64,000 nucleotides of DNA from Octopus bimaculoides (Eukaryota): positions 27,320,991-27,384,990 of the forward strand of contig NC_069005.1 of assembly GCF_001194135.2 (NCBI RefSeq), in the 5' to 3' direction. The notes under the pieces were generated by a model that worked only from the letters and a program-made list of their open reading frames with translations, made no database searches and had not been told where the DNA came from. The position numbers and the translations under genes are program-made. Below are positions 62,648-64,000 of the stretch, piece after piece. The first letter of the stretch is position 1. Every line of letters starts with the position of its first letter.

Positions 62648-63425
62648 TATATATATATGTATATATGAATATATATACGTCACTAGAGTGACTAAGGGTA
62701 CAAGTTAGCACCACCTTTGCTAAAAATAAGAGTTAAAACAAATCTTAGCCATGATAAAGCCCTTATCTTATGACTGACAAGGGAGGCAGGCCCTCTACTG
62801 CATCTGAGGCACAACCAGATCATCAGTGATTTCGCATTTTCATTGCAACTTCACAGAACAATTTTGTATAACAACATTTACCAAAACAGATGTCATGTTT
62901 AACTCACATATTTACTTACCTGTCTGACAATTGCTACCCTCATAACCAGCAGCACATCCTCCACTGGAACAAATGCCTGTCTGACTGCTACATTTGCTGT
63001 TGTTAGCGCAGTGACAAGCAATTGCACAGTTCAGTCCAAATTTACCTAGTTTACACACTGAAAATAAAATAGAAATAACTAATGTTATTTAATAACCCAT
63101 AAACATATTAATTAGTAAAGTCTGGTATACACGGGTTTTATGATGGACATTATTAGGAAGCAACTTTTACATACATACATACAGTGGCGGACTGGGTATA
63201 AAAATATTGATGTATAAAAATATTGTATGTATGTATGTATGTATGTATATAAACTTAAAGAATGACACTGTTTTATGTCTAACTGACCTTCCTGGCAGTT
63301 GTTTCCTTTAAAACCAGGGGCACACACCCCACCGGAACAGGTGCCTGTCTGAGAGTTACATGTGCTGTTGTTGGCACAATGGCAGGTATTGATGCAGTTG
63401 GCTCCAAATTTACCTCTGCTACATT
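28062..63425 (-). CDS. Multiple-EGF-like-domain single-pass receptor (MEGF10/11/PEAR1/SCARF-like ectodomain) with a Pro-rich and tandem-YExM cytoplasmic tail; 5' end outside window; about 1,200 aa within the window
   Basis: 21 EGF exons (63425 down to 33278), TM exon 31056-31137, Pro-rich exon 30242-30357, Tyr-repeat exon 28627-29081, probable terminal exons 28355-28420 and 28062-28088. Every junction is AG/GT, phases chain (1-1 x21, 1-2, 2-1, 1-0, 0-0, 0-stop) and no junction creates a stop. Confidence 0.9.
28355..28420 (-). CDS. Possible penultimate exon (phase 0-0)
   Basis: ttttgtag / gtctga ends, 66 nt open: [22 protein letters not shown]. No homology support; could instead be a terminal exon reading into V-stop. 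Confidence 0.4.
28627..29081 (-). CDS. Cytoplasmic exon with a tandem 11-aa YExM repeat array
   Basis: Acceptor ttcaacag, donor gtaaga; 455 nt, phase 1-0; [152 protein letters not shown] (inside ORF 28462..29109). Confidence 0.87.
29128..30142 (-). mobile_element. Mariner (DD34D-type) transposase remnant, interrupted by two SINE copies
   Basis: HHDNAPAH...[17 protein letters not shown], continuing [10 protein letters not shown]...[18 protein letters not shown] across the SINE insertion; TA-flanked end near 29128. Confidence 0.85.
30242..30357 (-). CDS. Juxtamembrane proline-rich cytoplasmic exon
   Basis: Acceptor ttctacag, donor gtatgt; 116 nt, phase 2-1, which exactly bridges the TM exon and the Tyr-repeat exon; [39 protein letters not shown]. 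Confidence 0.85.
30740..31020. repeat. Degenerate ~23-bp tandem repeat (AAAGGACCAACACCTACCCAC-like)
   Basis: About 11 imperfect copies immediately downstream of the TM exon donor. Confidence 0.75.
31056..31137 (-). CDS. Transmembrane exon of the EGF receptor
   Basis: Strong acceptor (ttttttttttcttcttctccag), donor gtaag; 82 nt, phase 1-2; [26 protein letters not shown] then K. Absent from the ORF track in this frame. Confidence 0.88.
33278..33415 (-). CDS. EGF-like exon 21 (membrane-proximal)
   Basis: 138 nt: [46 protein letters not shown]. Confidence 0.92.
34016..34153 (-). CDS. EGF-like exon 20
   Basis: 138 nt: [46 protein letters not shown]. Confidence 0.92.
34930..35068 (+). mobile_element. 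Tc1-like transposase N-terminal HTH fragment running into a gap
   Basis: [45 protein letters not shown]. Confidence 0.75.
36040..36540 (-). mobile_element. Tc1/mariner DD37D (maT-type) transposase pseudogene fragment
   Basis: QQDSAPCH...[17 protein letters not shown]: 37 residues between the second and third Asp; in-frame stops upstream. Confidence 0.8.
36997..37134 (-). CDS. EGF-like exon 19 (A type)
   Basis: 138 nt: [46 protein letters not shown]; donor GTCAGT. Confidence 0.92.
37297..37500. mobile_element. hAT-type MITE
   Basis: Perfect 16-bp TIR CAGGGGTTTTCAAACT and perfect 8-bp TSD AGATAGAG (37289-37296, 37501-37508). Confidence 0.9.
37529..37882. mobile_element. hAT-type MITE (second family)
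   Basis: TIR CAGTGCTTCTCAAC / GTTGAGAACTACTG; 8-bp TSD CTCTAATG/CTCTAATA. Confidence 0.8.
38154..38297 (-). CDS. EGF-like exon 18 (B type, 2 extra residues)
   Basis: 144 nt: [48 protein letters not shown]; donor GTGAGT. Confidence 0.92.
38437..38800 (-). mobile_element. SINE-like repeat with an (ATT)n tail; second copy ~43460-43830
   Basis: About 260 bp shared (gatgcagtaccagg...gagcatcatag) adjoining (AAT)n runs. Confidence 0.7.
39145..39282 (-). CDS. EGF-like exon 17 (A type)
   Basis: 138 nt: [46 protein letters not shown]; donor GTCAGC. Confidence 0.9.
39652..39953. mobile_element. Foldback/MITE-like inverted repeat: ~121-bp arms, 60-bp spacer
   Basis: 39652-39772 is the reverse complement of 39833-39953 with about one mismatch (aaaatgct vs aaactgct); TA-rich flanks. 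Confidence 0.9.
40884..41021 (-). CDS. EGF-like exon 16 (B type)
   Basis: 138 nt: [46 protein letters not shown]; donor GTGAGT. Confidence 0.92.
42359..42496 (-). CDS. EGF-like exon 15 (A type)
   Basis: 138 nt: [46 protein letters not shown]; donor GTTTGT. Confidence 0.9.
43072..43209 (-). CDS. EGF-like exon 14 (B type)
   Basis: 138 nt: [46 protein letters not shown]; donor GTAAGT. Confidence 0.92.
44205..44630. repeat. Degenerate (GAT/GAC/GGT)n trinucleotide tract
   Basis: Direct reading; intronic between EGF exons 13 and 14. Confidence 0.85.
44666..44803 (-). CDS. EGF-like exon 13 (A type)
   Basis: 138 nt: [46 protein letters not shown]; donor GTCTGT. Confidence 0.9.
45435..45572 (-). 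CDS. EGF-like exon 12 (B type)
   Basis: 138 nt: [46 protein letters not shown]; donor GTAAGT. Confidence 0.92.
46382..46519 (-). CDS. EGF-like exon 11 (A type)
   Basis: 138 nt: [46 protein letters not shown]; donor GTCTGT. Confidence 0.9.
46745..47365 (+). mobile_element. tRNA-derived SINE family A (head, TA microsatellite, tail); further copies or fragments at ~7800-7950(-), 8340-8470(-), 10942-11110(+), 27470-27650(+), 32455-32610(-), 42912-43000(+), 45607-45740(+), 47660-48065(-), 48335-48485(-), 52580-52715(-), 55520-56425(-)
   Basis: Head GGAGTGGCTGTGTGGTAAG...GGTTCAGTCC (pol III A/B-box-like); tail ...CTCCAGCATGGCCGCAGTCAAA...CTGAAACAAGTAAAAGA; many near-identical dispersed copies. 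Confidence 0.85.
47046..47080 (-). ncRNA. Degenerate minimal type I hammerhead-like motif (Penelope-type)
   Basis: Minus strand GTTT-CCGACGA-A-GAG CTTCA CTC-GAAA TGTC-AAAT. Confidence 0.45.
48190..48322 (-). mobile_element. tRNA-derived SINE family B (AAGGCGGCGAGCTGG...GAGTTCAAATTCCGCCGAGGTC...CATCCTTTC); copies at ~6470-6610, 10395-10760 (x2), 29246-29650 (x2), 40420-40590, 41340-41880 (x2-3), 43270-43445, 43930-44125, 54540-54650
   Basis: Dispersed ~200-bp repeat with a B-box-like GAGTTCAAATT and (AAT)n or A-rich tails. Confidence 0.85.
49180..49520 (+). mobile_element. Decayed non-LTR retrotransposon fragment (R4/Dong-like RT N-terminal region)
   Basis: NWNGPGPD...[25 protein letters not shown]. 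Confidence 0.55.
49610..49747 (-). CDS. EGF-like exon 10 (B type)
   Basis: 138 nt: [46 protein letters not shown]. Confidence 0.92.
50454..50591 (-). CDS. EGF-like exon 9
   Basis: 138 nt: [46 protein letters not shown]. Confidence 0.92.
50811..50970 (-). mobile_element. Retroelement-derived short repeat with a (GAT)n tail (family C); copies at ~8590-8822(+), 44880-45100(-), 48920-49150(-), 51370-51550(+), 52050-52200(+)
   Basis: Shared core GGAAGGGCATCCAGCTGTAGAAAC...CCCATGCTAGCATGGAAAGCGGACGTTAAACGATGATG. Confidence 0.8.
52746..53600 (-). mobile_element. Mariner remnant of the same family as 29128-30142
   Basis: [36 protein letters not shown] with stops and frameshifts. Confidence 0.7.
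54292..54429 (-). CDS. EGF-like exon 8
   Basis: 138 nt: [46 protein letters not shown]. Confidence 0.92.
56498..56635 (-). CDS. EGF-like exon 7
   Basis: 138 nt: [46 protein letters not shown]. Confidence 0.92.
57259..57396 (-). CDS. EGF-like exon 6
   Basis: 138 nt: [46 protein letters not shown]. Confidence 0.92.
59215..59352 (-). CDS. EGF-like exon 5
   Basis: 138 nt: [46 protein letters not shown]. Confidence 0.92.
   Translation of the reverse strand, partial: FAKMQGLVPTAPACATVQTTGSATQCQEPARKEDVLQAMKGTIVS
59390..60000. repeat. Pyrimidine-rich low-complexity tract with a 17-bp tandem core (CCTTCACTCATGTCCAC) at ~59605-59695
   Basis: Direct reading; about 5 copies of the 17-mer. Confidence 0.8.
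60844..60981 (-). CDS. EGF-like exon 4
   Basis: 138 nt: [46 protein letters not shown]. Confidence 0.92.
61787..61924 (-). CDS. EGF-like exon 3
   Basis: 138 nt: [46 protein letters not shown]. Confidence 0.92.
62572..62606 (-). ncRNA. Hammerhead-ribozyme-like core (Penelope-type), probably truncated
   Basis: Minus strand CTGATGA-GGGG AAATA CCCT-GAAAC TAGACTG GTC; no stem I partner visible. Confidence 0.45.
62920..63057 (-). CDS. EGF-like exon 2
   Basis: 138 nt: [46 protein letters not shown]. Confidence 0.92.
63288..63425 (-). CDS. EGF-like exon 1 (first in window)
   Basis: 138 nt, phase 1-1: [46 protein letters not shown]. Confidence 0.92.
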
Positions 63426-64000
63426 CTACAATGATATAAAAAATGTAACATCGCATTAGTCAGTCAAAATGTGTAACAATGGCAATGGTTTGAGATTTGT
63501 CTTTGCTAGTATTACTAGTTGTTAACCCAGGACTATACTTCTTCGACCTAGTCGAGATAAAATAGATCCTTCAACAGAAACCCACTACAATGATCACATT
63601 GATATGCTCAGCAACAAATTATTTTGTTTTTTCTTGAAATAAATTTTAATTTTATCTTTTACACACACACACACTCCCTCCCCCCTCTCTCTCTCTCAAC
63701 AACAACAACCTGTTATTATAGTGAAACTCTTTTTTCAAAGTCTGCATCTTGTTGTCTACATGTTGAAAGACATACAGAAACACACACAGAAATACAGACA
63801 CAAAAATCTCAAAAAATAACTATGTATTATACATTTACATATAGTTATTTTTTGAAGTCTGAGTTGTGTTGTATTGACAGACTTGCACTGTGTTGTGTTG
63901 TGTTGATAGACTTGCACTGTGTGGTGTTGATAGACTTGCACTTAAAACCATCTGTTAGTTACTGTGGTGACAACACTGCCTATCTGCCTATTTTTTGTGT

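Noticed and set aside
33278-63425. Assigning the symbol MEGF10, MEGF11 or a receptor PTP to the EGF gene
   Set aside because: Cys spacing differs, no NPxY or phosphatase domain is visible and the N-terminus is outside the window; orthology cannot be claimed without a search.
63530-63590. CTGTTGA...GTCGAAG motif on the minus strand resembling a hammerhead
   Set aside because: Lacks the GAAA core after a stem II and has A6 changed; does not fit the topology.

Overview
AT-rich animal genomic DNA from a gapped short-read scaffold. The SINE, microsatellite and mariner/RTE content points to an octopod cephalopod (inference, no database search). Two convergent genes are present. (1) On +, the 3' part of an HSDL1-like short-chain dehydrogenase (5 visible exons, 478..9129; one ~35-nt exon not found, probably in a gap) that keeps a catalytic YxxxK. 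(2) On -, the 3' ~35 kb of a single-pass receptor that I assembled by hand: 21 symmetric phase-1 exons each encoding one 8-Cys EGF/laminin-EGF-like repeat (20 of exactly 138 nt, one of 144 nt), a TM exon ending in Cys-Cys, a Pro-rich exon, and an exon built on a 33-bp tandem repeat encoding 8 YExM motifs mostly at 11-residue spacing plus one upstream YDEM. No catalytic domain is visible. This tyrosine-array receptor is the best candidate for an undescribed system. Between the two genes lies a ~13.8-kb CpG-dense (CGAA/CGTA) satellite that switches orientation near 21,725. Smaller findings: three Penelope-type hammerhead-like cores beside (TA)n tracts, a 121-bp-arm foldback, minisatellites grown inside a piggyBac-like MITE, a 5'-inverted RTE fragment, and many SINE, hAT, mariner and Tc1 remnants.
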